IMG/VR virus record: IMGVR_UViG_3300006872_000012
Span: 1-47,383 of that record
DNA length: 47,383 nt
DNA from: a virus
Lineage: Duplodnaviria; Caudoviricetes
Direction: 5' to 3' (one strand)
The notes under the pieces are model-generated. The model ran no database searches. It had not been told where the DNA came from and was given only the letters and a program-made list of their open reading frames with translations. The first letter of the stretch is position 1. The number at the start of each line of letters is the position of its first letter. Both the position numbers and the translations under genes were made by a program. Shown here one piece after another: positions 35,483 through 44,168 of the stretch.

Positions 35483-37293
35483 GGTGCCCATCCGATCATC
35501 GCCGCGATCTCCGGGTCCTTCGCGCCCTCGAGGAACCACGCGAAGGCGATGCCGTAGCTGTTGCCGACCTGTGCGTACTTGTTGCCCGCAGCCACGCTGG
35601 CCACGTCGGCGATGAGCTTCTCGCGCGCGGGCCCGGCCGCGAGCGGGGCGCAGGCCGCGAGCCCACCCGCCGTCCAGAACGCGAGCCCATCACGCCCGGC
35701 TCCGTCGTCCTTGTCGCCGTGGCGGAAGGGCAGCGCCGGCACCTGCTCCTGCCAGAACGTCCCGCTCGGGTTTCGGGCGTACGTCAGGGTCCAGGCGACG
35801 TGTCGCCGGATCGCCGTCCACCGCGGGTCGCCCGTGGTCCTCTGGACGAAGGCGGCGACGGGCCCGCCGATCGCGACCTGCCAGACCAGCTCGAAGGACC
35901 ATGCGTCCTGGATGCGCTCCAGCTCGCCGTCGCGCTGGTCGTCGAGCGCCTGCGCGGCGAGCCAGGGGTTCGTCTCGCCCTCCGGGAACTCGAGGCCGAA
36001 CGCCTCGGCCCACTGGCGCAGCTCCTCGAGGCCTGGCGCGACGTGCTTCGGCTTCGCCGGCGGCGTCGCCCACGTCGGCGAGTAGCGGCGAAAGTAGGGA
36101 ACTGGAGTCGCGCGGCTCTGCGCGAGGTAGGTCGCCGCGAGCTTGCTGAGGCCCTGGAACGCCGCAACGCGGCGATCGAGGTCGCGCGAGAGCGCCACCT
36201 GCCAGCAGAGCGCCTTGGCGTCCCAGAACAGCGCGCGAGTGCTGCCGGGATCCACGGGCGCCGACGCCGGCGGTCGCAGGTAGGGCTGCGTCAGCAGGCC
36301 CTCGGCGAAGCAGGTGAGCTGCTGGCGCGCGAAGCCGGAGTCGTACAGCGCCGCCAGCGCGGCGAGGCGGTCGACCTCCGCGTGCTCGAGCTCCAGGCCG
36401 GTCCACGTCGACTTGTTCGAGCCGAAGGCGTCGCCGAACGTCTCGGTCGCGCCCCACGCCTTGCTCGGGCCGTAGTCGCCGATCACGAGCTTCGGGTACT
36501 CCGCCGCGGCGAAGGGTTCTCCGGTGGCCGGGTGCAGCCACGTCAGCGGTCGGCGGGCCTGGTTCATCGCCCAGGCCCACAGGAAGCCGCCGATGCGGCG
36601 CGCCGCGGCATCGTCGCCCATGGCGATCCAGAGCGCGCAGACCTCGGGCGGGAGGCACCCGGCGTTCCGCGGGCTGCCCGTCTGGTGCGCGTTCGGCGTG
36701 ATGTCGGCGAGCTTCGCCGTCCCGCCGTCCGGGGCCCATTCGACTTCCGGGATCGGCCAGGCGCTCGGCGAGTAGCCCGGCGCGAGCTTGCTCGCCCACG
36801 CGCTCGCCGCGGCGCTGTTGGTCTTCGGGAAGAAGCCCTGCAGCGCGTCGATGCCCTTGAGCGTCAGCCTGACCCGCGGCTCGCCGAACACCTCGAGGTA
36901 GCCCGTCCCGCGGTGAAAGACAGCGCCGGCGCGCGTCGCTTTCACGCCGTCGACCTCGACCTCGTAGGCGCCCGTCCACGCGCCTGGGCTCGCAGCGATG
37001 CTCGAGTTCGAGAGCTCGACCTCGGCCCAGCCGTCGTGCGCCCAGAGCTGGGCGACGGCGAGGATCGGCCCTCCGTGCTCCGGGTCGACCTGGAGCGCGC
37101 CGTAGGCCGCCTCGCCGGGCTCGGCGCGCATCTCGACCGCCGCGCTCCCCTTGTCGCTGGAGACGGTCACGCGGGCCGTGGCGCCGAAGGCCTCGGCGAC
37201 GCACGCCATGATGGCGGCGAACGCGAGCAGCGCAAGCAAGAGCGGCTTGCTGGGGCCGAAGGGGGGCGAGTTGCTCATGCGGGCAGCGTTCAT
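35479..37293 (-). CDS. Large secreted protein, possible alpha/alpha-barrel carbohydrate-active enzyme
   Basis: Signal peptide LLLALLAFAAIMACVAEAFG; beta-rich N-terminal part, Trp-rich helical C-terminal part; GAGGT SD. Confidence 0.6.
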   Translation of the reverse strand: MNAARMSNSPPFGPSKPLLLALLAFAAIMACVAEAFGATARVTVSSDKGSAAVEMRAEPGEAAYGALQVDPEHGGPILAVAQLWAHDGWAEVELSNSSIAASPGAWTGAYEVEVDGVKATRAGAVFHRGTGYLEVFGEPRVRLTLKGIDALQGFFPKTNSAAASAWASKLAPGYSPSAWPIPEVEWAPDGGTAKLADITPNAHQTGSPRNAGCLPPEVCALWIAMGDDAAARRIGGFLWAWAMNQARRPLTWLHPATGEPFAAAEYPKLVIGDYGPSKAWGATETFGDAFGSNKSTWTGLELEHAEVDRLAALAALYDSGFARQQLTCFAEGLLTQPYLRPPASAPVDPGSTRALFWDAKALCWQVALSRDLDRRVAAFQGLSKLAATYLAQSRATPVPYFRRYSPTWATPPAKPKHVAPGLEELRQWAEAFGLEFPEGETNPWLAAQALDDQRDGELERIQDAWSFELVWQVAIGGPVAAFVQRTTGDPRWTAIRRHVAWTLTYARNPSGTFWQEQVPALPFRHGDKDDGAGRDGLAFWTAGGLAACAPLAAGPAREKLIADVASVAAGNKYAQVGNSYGIAFAWFLEGAKDPEIAAMIGWAP

Positions 37294-37478
37294 CGCGGCG
37301 ACCTCGCGCACCGAGCCGCGCACTCCAAGGGCGAGTACTTGCTTCGCCCTCGAGCGCGTTCGTGGTTCAAGCCGCGGCGCGCTCTCCAACGCACAGCCGA
37401 TGCCTGGTGCGCCGCGCGCTCACCCAGGATCCGTTCCGGGTTCTCCTGAGGGACCGCGATCTCGTTCTTGTGCTTCAT
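37290..37478 (-). CDS. Small hypothetical protein
   Basis: ATG about 40 nt below the promoter motif; ATGA-coupled to the next gene. Confidence 0.4.
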   Translation of the reverse strand: MKHKNEIAVPQENPERILGERAAHQASAVRWRARRGLNHERARGRSKYSPLECAARCARSPR

Positions 37479-37520
37479 GCGCGCGACCAGAACGATGCCG
37501 CCCCCGCGGCGTCTAGCCCT

Positions 37521-37531
37521 TGGTGGCAGAT
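37521..37531 (-). promoter_or_regulatory. TGCCACCA motif copy at the head of the late operon
   Basis: tggtggcagat in the gap between the recombinase and the late genes. Confidence 0.45.
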
Positions 37532-37587
37532 CGCGCGGCGCTTTCGGTGACTCGATCAGGGTGCGCGCCGGGGGCTCGCGATGCACG

Positions 37588-38538
37588 CTACGCCCGCGGA
37601 TGACAACGCGCGTAGACCTCGCGCAGGCGCGCGATACTGACCCGGGTATAGATCTGCGTCGTCGCAAGGCTCGCGTGTCCCAGCATTTCCTGGATCACGC
37701 GCAGGCTCGCCCCGCGCTCATACAGGTGCGTGGCGAATGAGTGCCGCAGAACGTGGGGCGTCACGCGCTGCATGATCCCTGCGCGCGCGGCGGCCTCGCG
37801 CACGATTCGCTGTAGAGTGTCGTCGCTCATGGTCCGGACCGCGCCGCGGGCATCGACGGTGAGGAAAACCGCCCGCGGCTTCTCCCGCACTCCCCAAAGC
37901 AGCAAGGCGCGCTGGCGCAGGTAGGCGCTGAGCGCCGCGAGCGCTGCGTCGCCGAGGTAGCCGAATCGTTCGCGACGGCCCTTTCCCCGCAGCCGCACGC
38001 TGCCAAAACCAAGGTCGAGGTCGGCGGGGCGTAGGGCGAGCAGTTCTGCGGCGCGGCAGCCGGTCGAGTAGAGCGCTTCGAGCGCGGCCGCGTTGCGCGC
38101 GGCGAAAAACGGATCGGCTCCGTGGGGCGTGAGCAGTCGAGCGACCTCCGCCTCGCTGAGCACCTGCGGCAACGGTCGGGCGAAGCGCGGGCGGCGCAGC
38201 GACTCGACGGGGCTCGCCGACACCACTCCGCGGTCTCGAAGGAACCGGAAGAACGCTCGCAGCGACGACTGCAGCCGAGCCAGCGTGCGCGGGCCGCAAC
38301 CGGCATCGGCGCGCACGACCAACCAAGCGCGAGCGGTCTCGCGCTGCACATCGGCCAGCGAGCGCAGGCCCAGGCGGCGACAGAGCGCGATGAAACTCGC
38401 GATGTCACCAGCGTAGACGCCGGCGGTTCCTTCCGTCAGGCGGAGAGGCGCGCACAGGTGCGTCCGAAAGCGCGCGAGGGCGGCGTCGAACTCGTCGTCC
38501 ACCCCTCCAGCCGGACCGGCATCCGGGTGGCACTCCAT
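37588..38538 (-). CDS. XerC/XerD-like tyrosine recombinase
   Basis: LYSTGCR, GKG, PHVLRHSFATHL, LGHASLATTQIYT; SAM-like N-terminal domain. Confidence 0.92.
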   Translation of the reverse strand: MECHPDAGPAGGVDDEFDAALARFRTHLCAPLRLTEGTAGVYAGDIASFIALCRRLGLRSLADVQRETARAWLVVRADAGCGPRTLARLQSSLRAFFRFLRDRGVVSASPVESLRRPRFARPLPQVLSEAEVARLLTPHGADPFFAARNAAALEALYSTGCRAAELLALRPADLDLGFGSVRLRGKGRRERFGYLGDAALAALSAYLRQRALLLWGVREKPRAVFLTVDARGAVRTMSDDTLQRIVREAAARAGIMQRVTPHVLRHSFATHLYERGASLRVIQEMLGHASLATTQIYTRVSIARLREVYARCHPRA

Positions 38539-38601
38539 GGGGAAGCCCTCACTCCCCCTCCCGAAACACGTCGCGACGTGCGCGAGTCCGCCAGGAATTG
38601 T

Positions 38602-39039
38602 TCAGGTCTGCTTGTCCTCGTTCACCGCGTCGCTCGCCGGCTGTTCCAGCGCCTTCCTCGCATGTTCCCGCCTGTCCGTATCCGGTGGCGGCTCCTCGCA
38701 ATCAACCAGCGTGGAGCGAGCCGTCAGCATCGCCACGATGCCTGCAGCGCGTCGTGCGTTGGCCGCGGCCTGCTCTGGAGTCGCCGCGAAACGCGGCACG
38801 TCGTCCTTCGGCATCCGCGCCCGAATCAGCTCGCGAAGCTTTGACCACTCCGGGAAGCGGTCCTTCGTGTCGATCCAGTCCTCGACGACGCGGTCGACGA
38901 TCTCGGCCGGGTAGCCGCCCAGCTTCTCCGCGTAGGCGGCGACGGTCACGGCGGCGAGCTCGACGCGGTAGAACGCAGCGAGGCGCAGGACCAGCTCGCC
39001 GACGCTTCGCGGCGGACGCGGGGCCGCCGGTGGCGTCAC
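38602..39039 (-). CDS. Replication accessory protein (helicase loader-like)
   Basis: Coupled to the initiator; AYAEKL.GYP..V..WI....FP..LR. Confidence 0.6.
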   Translation of the reverse strand: MTPPAAPRPPRSVGELVLRLAAFYRVELAAVTVAAYAEKLGGYPAEIVDRVVEDWIDTKDRFPEWSKLRELIRARMPKDDVPRFAATPEQAAANARRAAGIVAMLTARSTLVDCEEPPPDTDRREHARKALEQPASDAVNEDKQT

Positions 39040-40154
39040 GGGTCACCTCGGGCGGCGAGCGCGAACGGCGACGCCGCTGCCGCGCCTGCCAGTTCGCCTG
39101 CGCCATCGCCCGGGGGCGGACGCGGCTTCGCCAGCACGATCCGCGCGAGGTCGTCGGGGGTCAGCTTCCCGCCGAACCCGGAACCGCGCGGCAGGCCCGT
39201 GGCGTCGATCGCGGGGCCGGCGGGCGGCGGGGTCGGCAGCGGCGCGTCCACGAGCCGCCCGACGCAGTGCTCGAAGCCCAGCAGATCCGGGAACTCGCCC
39301 GGTCGCAGCGAGCGCCAGAACCCCGCGGGCGCGCCAGCGAAGAATCGGCCCATCCGCGCGCGCAGCTCGGGCAGGGGGATCGCCGCCAGCCGGCTCGCGC
39401 AGCCGTTCGTGCGCACGCCCCAGTCGGGCGGCTGGCCCGTCGCGGCGCGGTACGCCTCGCTCCAGGCGGCTCGGACGGCTTCGACCCCGGCCAGCGCGGC
39501 TCCGGGCGGTGGTCGCGTCTCGGCTTTCGACGGCGCGGGCGTAGCGTTTCCGTCCGGTGACGCATCCTCAGTGGGGAGAATCTCTCTCTCTCGTCCGGCG
39601 ACGGCGCTGCAGTGCACGGAAGGCGAGGAAGAGAGAGAGGCCCCTGCAGGGGTCTGCACTCTGCAATCTCCATTCTCCAGTCTCCAGTCTTGTTGACCCG
39701 ACGTTGCCTCGCCGTTCAACGATTCGTCAACGACTCGTTCAACGGTCGTTGAACGGTTGGGCAACGGCGAGGCAACGACTCTCGCGGCCGCACGCGACTT
39801 CGCGGAAGCCGCCCCGGCGACGCTGGCAGCAGATCGACGACGCTCGATTGGTTCCGTCGCCCCAGAGCGCTCAGCGTGGAGCCGGGGGTTGACCAGCTTT
39901 TCGGAATCGTCCGGATGCTGGACGAAGCACGGGGAGAGCTCGGGCCAGATCTGCGCGAGGAAGTGGTCGACGGGCCGCCGGAGGATGGCGGCGATCTTCC
40001 GCGGCTCCGCGGGGATGGAACCGTTCACCCACTGTCGACACAGCAGGTCGAGGTAGCAGACGATGGCGGCGTCGGACATCGCGCCGACCGTGTAGCTGTC
40101 CATCCAGTCTCGAACGTAGAACTTGAACCAGGGCAGGTCGCGATCGTCCGCCAT
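39036..40154 (-). CDS. Replication initiator, YdaU/DUF1376-type
   Basis: LPWFKFYVRDW, Y.DLL..QW.NGSIP, LVNPRL; internal iterons. Confidence 0.85.
   Translation of the reverse strand: MADDRDLPWFKFYVRDWMDSYTVGAMSDAAIVCYLDLLCRQWVNGSIPAEPRKIAAILRRPVDHFLAQIWPELSPCFVQHPDDSEKLVNPRLHAERSGATEPIERRRSAASVAGAASAKSRAAARVVASPLPNRSTTVERVVDESLNGEATSGQQDWRLENGDCRVQTPAGASLSSSPSVHCSAVAGREREILPTEDASPDGNATPAPSKAETRPPPGAALAGVEAVRAAWSEAYRAATGQPPDWGVRTNGCASRLAAIPLPELRARMGRFFAGAPAGFWRSLRPGEFPDLLGFEHCVGRLVDAPLPTPPPAGPAIDATGLPRGSGFGGKLTPDDLARIVLAKPRPPPGDGAGELAGAAAASPFALAARGDP
39665..39780. repeat. Putative replication origin iterons within the initiator gene
   Basis: Clustered CGTTCAACG / CGTCAACG / CGTTGAACG / GCAACG repeats next to TCTCCAG repeats, like a lambda O-type origin. 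Confidence 0.6.
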
Positions 40155-40175
40155 AGCACCCTCCCGCAGAATTCG

Positions 40176-40475
40176 TCACCGCCGGCCCGCCAGGGCCAGC
40201 ACCGCACACGCAAACGCGACGTAGAGCGCCGCCAGCGCCACGCTGGCGAGCGCGATGCCAAGGGTCGCAGCGGCTGCGACCAGACCGCCGAGCAGGGCGG
40301 GTAGCACCCAGGCCCAGCGACCTGGGTCAGCATCCGGCGCCGGGATTGGATTGAGCTCGCCGAGGAGCGCGTCCCGAATGACCGCGGCGGCGTAGCTTCC
40401 GGCGGTGGCGCGCTGCACCGCTTCCAACTTCCGCCGGGCCACGTTCACGCGCTCCAGGATCTCCGCGCGCTTCAC
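40176..40475 (-). CDS. Hypothetical membrane protein
   Basis: GTGA-coupled; hydrophobic C-terminus. Confidence 0.5.
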   Translation of the reverse strand: MKRAEILERVNVARRKLEAVQRATAGSYAAAVIRDALLGELNPIPAPDADPGRWAWVLPALLGGLVAAAATLGIALASVALAALYVAFACAVLALAGRR

Positions 40476-40786
40476 GACGAGGCTCGCGATTCCGTGAGCG
40501 ACCGATGGCGTCGCGGCTGCGGGGCCCGCGGGCGCCCACCGGACGTATCGACAACGAGCCAGTCCTCGAGCGCTGCAAGGAGGCGATCCGCAACCCGCCG
40601 CTCCACCGGATCGGCGCTGCGGGCAGCGCGGGCCAGCAGGTAGATCCGCACTCGCCGCAGCGTATTCGCCTCCGTCTGGCGGGAAACCTCGTCGCGGACC
40701 CGTGCGACGCGCAGAGCGAGCCGCTCCTTGTGCCGATCGGATGACCGGGGAGGCGCGACAGGGTCTGCTTTCTGGCGATCGATCAT
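40472..40786 (-). CDS. Hypothetical protein
   Basis: GGAG SD; ATGA coupling. Confidence 0.5.
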   Translation of the reverse strand: MIDRQKADPVAPPRSSDRHKERLALRVARVRDEVSRQTEANTLRRVRIYLLARAARSADPVERRVADRLLAALEDWLVVDTSGGRPRAPQPRRHRSLTESRASS

Positions 40787-41073
40787 GCGGTTTCTCCGTG
40801 ATGGGCGGCGGAGGCGGCGGCGTGGGGGAGAGGGCGCGGCTTGTGGCGCTTGCCACAGAGGCCGCACGCCGGAGGGTGTGCGCGCAGGCGAGTAGGGGCG
40901 GGGATGCGCGGCGGCGATCGCAGCGCGCGGTCGGCTGCAACTTCGCAGCGCTGGACGGACGCCGCGGCAGCGCGGAACTCCTCGACGAGTCCTGGCGAGA
41001 GGTGGTTGCGCAGCGCGAGGCCCTGGCCCATCGCGAGGAGTTGCGCGAGGCGACGGAGCTGGTCGGGGGTCAC
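40783..41073 (-). CDS. Hypothetical protein (CGLCGKRH motif)
   Basis: Starts just after the tRNA; coupled to the next gene. Confidence 0.5.
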   Translation of the reverse strand: MTPDQLRRLAQLLAMGQGLALRNHLSPGLVEEFRAAAASVQRCEVAADRALRSPPRIPAPTRLRAHPPACGLCGKRHKPRPLPHAAASAAHHGETA

Positions 41074-41098
41074 TGGGTCGCCTGCCCGGCGTTGGTGT

Positions 41099-41174
41099 TG
41101 GTGACGGAGGCGGGAGTCGAACCCGCTCGCTTCCGCTTAGAAGGCGGCCGCTCTATCCGTTGAGCTTCTCCGTC
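41099..41174 (-). tRNA. tRNA-Arg(UCU)
   Basis: 76-nt cloverleaf: GACGGAG/CTCCGTC, GCTC/GAGC, loop CTTCTAA, GCGGG-TTCGACT-CCCGC, ACCA end; A20 present. Confidence 0.88.
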
Positions 41175-41203
41175 GGATTGGTTCATGGTTCGTGTCGGGC
41201 TAC

Positions 41204-41566
41204 TCACCCGGAGGTCGCCGGCGCCTGCTGGCGGATGTTGACCACCAGTCCACCTGGCGCGCGGATGTACGAGACAGCGAACATCTCGATCTCCTCGGGC
41301 GCTACCTCCGATTCGTCGGCCGCGCCGTCCCACAGGAGCAGCACGCGCTCGCCGCGATTGAGCTGCCACCTCCACGGGCGCTGCGCGATCTCGAGCGCGG
41401 CGTCCAGCGCCGTGCGGGCGCACGAGGCCACAACCTCGTCGTCGTCGGAGAAGCGAGCGCGAAAGGTTCCTGTCGGCGCGAGCGATGACCCACAAGAGCA
41501 CTCGCGGCAGTCACGGCACTCGTCGCACTCGGGGCAGATGTCGGCGTCGATGCAGTGGTCGCTCAC
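41204..41566 (-). CDS. Hypothetical protein with Cys-rich N-terminus
   Basis: CPECDECRDCRECSC; GGAGG SD; GTGA coupling. Confidence 0.6.
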   Translation of the reverse strand: MSDHCIDADICPECDECRDCRECSCGSSLAPTGTFRARFSDDDEVVASCARTALDAALEIAQRPWRWQLNRGERVLLLWDGAADESEVAPEEIEMFAVSYIRAPGGLVVNIRQQAPATSG

Positions 41567-41820
41567 GGCACTCCCTCCGTCGCCGGTGGGAGTCCACCGA
41601 TCCAGTTGGTCCACGGCTCTTCCCACACCAGCACGAAGGCGTTGATCGAGCTGCCGTCGACCTCCTTCAGGTGGACGCGATGCCAGACCCAGCGGCCGGC
41701 CGCCGTCCTGCGGAAGGGGGCGCCCTCAGCGGGAGCGGGCGCCGTGGACGTGGGCACTGGCGCGCGGCAGCCCCCAAGCACCAGGACCACCGCCGCGGAG
41801 GTGCAGAGCGATCTCTTCAT
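41563..41820 (-). CDS. Small putative lipoprotein
   Basis: MKRSL..VVLVLGGC lipobox; GGAGG SD. Confidence 0.6.
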   Translation of the reverse strand: MKRSLCTSAAVVLVLGGCRAPVPTSTAPAPAEGAPFRRTAAGRWVWHRVHLKEVDGSSINAFVLVWEEPWTNWIGGLPPATEGVP

Positions 41821-42132
41821 CGCGACCTCCGCCAGAGCGCCCGCCGAAAGAAGCGCGTCGCCGGCGCACGGAAGGCCCCGCTCTCGCGCCAGCCCTTCTG
41901 ACCCCACTGCGCCTCGACGCGCGAGAAGGCGCGCGCTTGGGGTCGCGGCGCAGCATCCAGCTTGTGCCGGCGCATCTGATGGCGCCGCAGACGACGCGCG
42001 CGCCGGCCGCACGTCGCACAGCGCGAAGTCGTCGATCGCTTTTGATTCGTCATCGGGTCTCCTCGGGTTCAAAAGACCCCGCCGGGTGCGTTGCTCTGGC
42101 AGCCCGGCGGGGGTCGCGGCCACGCGCCGCGA

Positions 42133-42627
42133 TCAGTTCTTGTCCGGGTCCTTCAGGTGCTTGCCGCTCGCCTCGAGGTCGTGCGCAATGCGCCAGACCC
42201 GCGCAAGGCCGACAACGAGGGCCGCAATCGCCGCCGTCTCGGGAACCAGCTGCGTGTCCTTGATGTCCTTCTGCAGCGCGCCGATCAGGTCCTTCGCGGT
42301 TTCGAGCTTCCCGCGGACCAGCTCGGTGACCTGGGTTCCGCGCAGGCCTGCGAGGCTCGGGTCGCAGCGCGTCGCTTCGTCGAGCGCATTGCCGAGTTCG
42401 ACCTCGCGTTCGAGCGCCTCTCGCTGCAAGCGCTGCCGTGGCGTCTCTTGCTGGTGCGTGAACTCGCCCGTGCGCTCGTCCACGTGGAAGCGCAGCGTCG
42501 GCCGGGGCCTCCGCGTGGGCGCGGGCTCGGGTGCCTGGGCGTTCGGCTCCACCGATCCGCTGTCGTCTGCGGCCGCGGCGGCGGGCGCCTCCTCGACTTC
42601 GGTGGGGGGTGCGGGTTCGGCGTTCAC
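42133..42627 (-). CDS. Hypothetical protein
   Basis: GTGA-coupled ORF. Confidence 0.55.
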   Translation of the reverse strand: MNAEPAPPTEVEEAPAAAAADDSGSVEPNAQAPEPAPTRRPRPTLRFHVDERTGEFTHQQETPRQRLQREALEREVELGNALDEATRCDPSLAGLRGTQVTELVRGKLETAKDLIGALQKDIKDTQLVPETAAIAALVVGLARVWRIAHDLEASGKHLKDPDKN

Positions 42628-42884
42628 GGCAGCGCGTCGCCTTCCGCCAGCGGGGCGTCCGCCTGCGCCATCGGCTCGCTTGCGGCCTGCGCCGCTGCCG
42701 CGATCGTGCGCAGCTGCGCGAGCGCCATCTGGACGTTGTCGAAGTCGGCGACCGCCGGGTAGCGGCCGTCCGTCGACGCCTCGCGGAGGAGCGACAGCTG
42801 CGCCGTCATGGTGGCGTACGCCGCGCGCCACACGGCGCGGCGCTGGCTGCGGGTCAGGCGCGTGACGTTGAGGTTCAGGTTCAT
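42624..42884 (-). CDS. Hypothetical protein
   Basis: ATGA-coupled ORF. Confidence 0.6.
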   Translation of the reverse strand: MNLNLNVTRLTRSQRRAVWRAAYATMTAQLSLLREASTDGRYPAVADFDNVQMALAQLRTIAAAAQAASEPMAQADAPLAEGDALP

Positions 42885-43453
42885 GGTCCGAAGAGTCCTT
42901 TCTGAGGGGGCGATGGCAACACCGCCTCGCCGTCGTCACTGAGGGGCGGGACGCTCACCGCGAGCGGCCCGAGTTCTTCCATTGCGAAGACGCGCACCAG
43001 CGTGAAGGGCCGCTCACCGGCAGCACCGTTGATCTTCTCGGCGACCTCGCGGCAGACGCGCGCGTCGTCGACCCACACGACGCCATTGAGCGCGTCCTTC
43101 ACGGCCTTGATGCAGTTGTCGGCGTCCGGCTTTCCCGCACGCGGCTCGCGCGGATTCGGCTTCGTCTTGCGAATGCTCGTGCTCGGACGCTGAAAGACGA
43201 ACAGCAGCTCCAAGGCGATCGGCGTGTCGAGGAGCGGGCCGGTGTAGAGGCTCGTCGCGACCTGCCGCACGAGGGCCTTGAAGGCGATGATGGGGTGGCG
43301 GTCGTGCTTGCGGCCGCGCTCATCCGGCGTGCCCACGTTCGGAATGAAGCGCTGGCGGATGACGCGCTTCCCGTGCACGAACACGCGCTCCGCGTAGCGA
43401 GGCTGCGCGACCGGGTCACCCGGGATGGTCAGCTCCAGGACGGGCCGCATCAC
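42881..43453 (-). CDS. rusA: RusA Holliday junction resolvase
   Basis: KPDADNCIKAVKDALNGVVWVDDARV signature. Confidence 0.92.
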   Translation of the reverse strand: MMRPVLELTIPGDPVAQPRYAERVFVHGKRVIRQRFIPNVGTPDERGRKHDRHPIIAFKALVRQVATSLYTGPLLDTPIALELLFVFQRPSTSIRKTKPNPREPRAGKPDADNCIKAVKDALNGVVWVDDARVCREVAEKINGAAGERPFTLVRVFAMEELGPLAVSVPPLSDDGEAVLPSPPQKGLFGP

Positions 43454-43875
43454 CAGCCCGCCCCGCTCGGCGCGCCCGCCTCGCCCGTGCCCGCGCCGTC
43501 GGGGAACATCTCGTCGAGCGAGGGCTCGGGCTGAGGCTTCGGGAACCGACCGGCCTCCGCAGCGCTCGCCGGCCAGTGGTAGAGGATGCGCGTGATCTTG
43601 GGGTGGAACCAGTCACTCGGCGAGCCGTCGGCCCGCGGCTTCGCGTTGAAGACCGTGAGCTCGTACTCGAAGCAGATGCCGTCCCCGGGGCCCATCGCGA
43701 GCAGCGCGCCCTTGACGTCGTCGTACAACGCCTCGATCGGCACCTCGAACGTCTCGGTCTTGTCCTTGCGCTTTAGCGACGTGCGCAGGCGCGCGTCGAC
43801 GATGCTCGTGCGCTTGGCGTTCACGGCGGGTTTCGCGACGAGCTGACCGGAGAGAATGGCGTGATTGAAGCTCAT
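43450..43875 (-). CDS. SSB-like OB-fold protein
   Basis: FNHAILSGQLVAKP N-terminus; acidic tail; located near recT and rusA. Confidence 0.6.
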   Translation of the reverse strand: MSFNHAILSGQLVAKPAVNAKRTSIVDARLRTSLKRKDKTETFEVPIEALYDDVKGALLAMGPGDGICFEYELTVFNAKPRADGSPSDWFHPKITRILYHWPASAAEAGRFPKPQPEPSLDEMFPDGAGTGEAGAPSGAGW

Positions 43876-44168
43876 GGCACACCGCCCCCCTGAGAGGGCG
43901 TGCCGGCGCCTGCCTCGCGCAGTGTCTCGATGGTTTTCGCCATCGCCGCGACGGCGGACATGGCGATTTCTGCCGCACTCCACGAATTGCGACAGACAGA
44001 CCATGCTTCGTTGCCCATGAGATCCACGCCCTTCTCCTCAACGAAAACGCGACCGCCATCGCAGGTGACGTACGGAACCTCGCTCTCCCACATCCCGAAG
44101 GACTCAGCCGGAAGCCAGACAATTCGAGAGCTGGCGGACCGCGCGAGGATCTTGGGTTTGGCGTTCAT
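43872..44168 (-). CDS. Hypothetical protein
   Basis: ATGA coupling on both sides. Confidence 0.55.
   Translation of the reverse strand: MNAKPKILARSASSRIVWLPAESFGMWESEVPYVTCDGGRVFVEEKGVDLMGNEAWSVCRNSWSAAEIAMSAVAAMAKTIETLREAGAGTPSQGGGVP

Noticed and set aside
41133-41145. Amber-suppressor (CUA) reading of the tRNA at 41099-41174
   Set aside because: Stem pairing fixes the loop as CU-UCU-AA, and TAG is used as a normal stop in core genes
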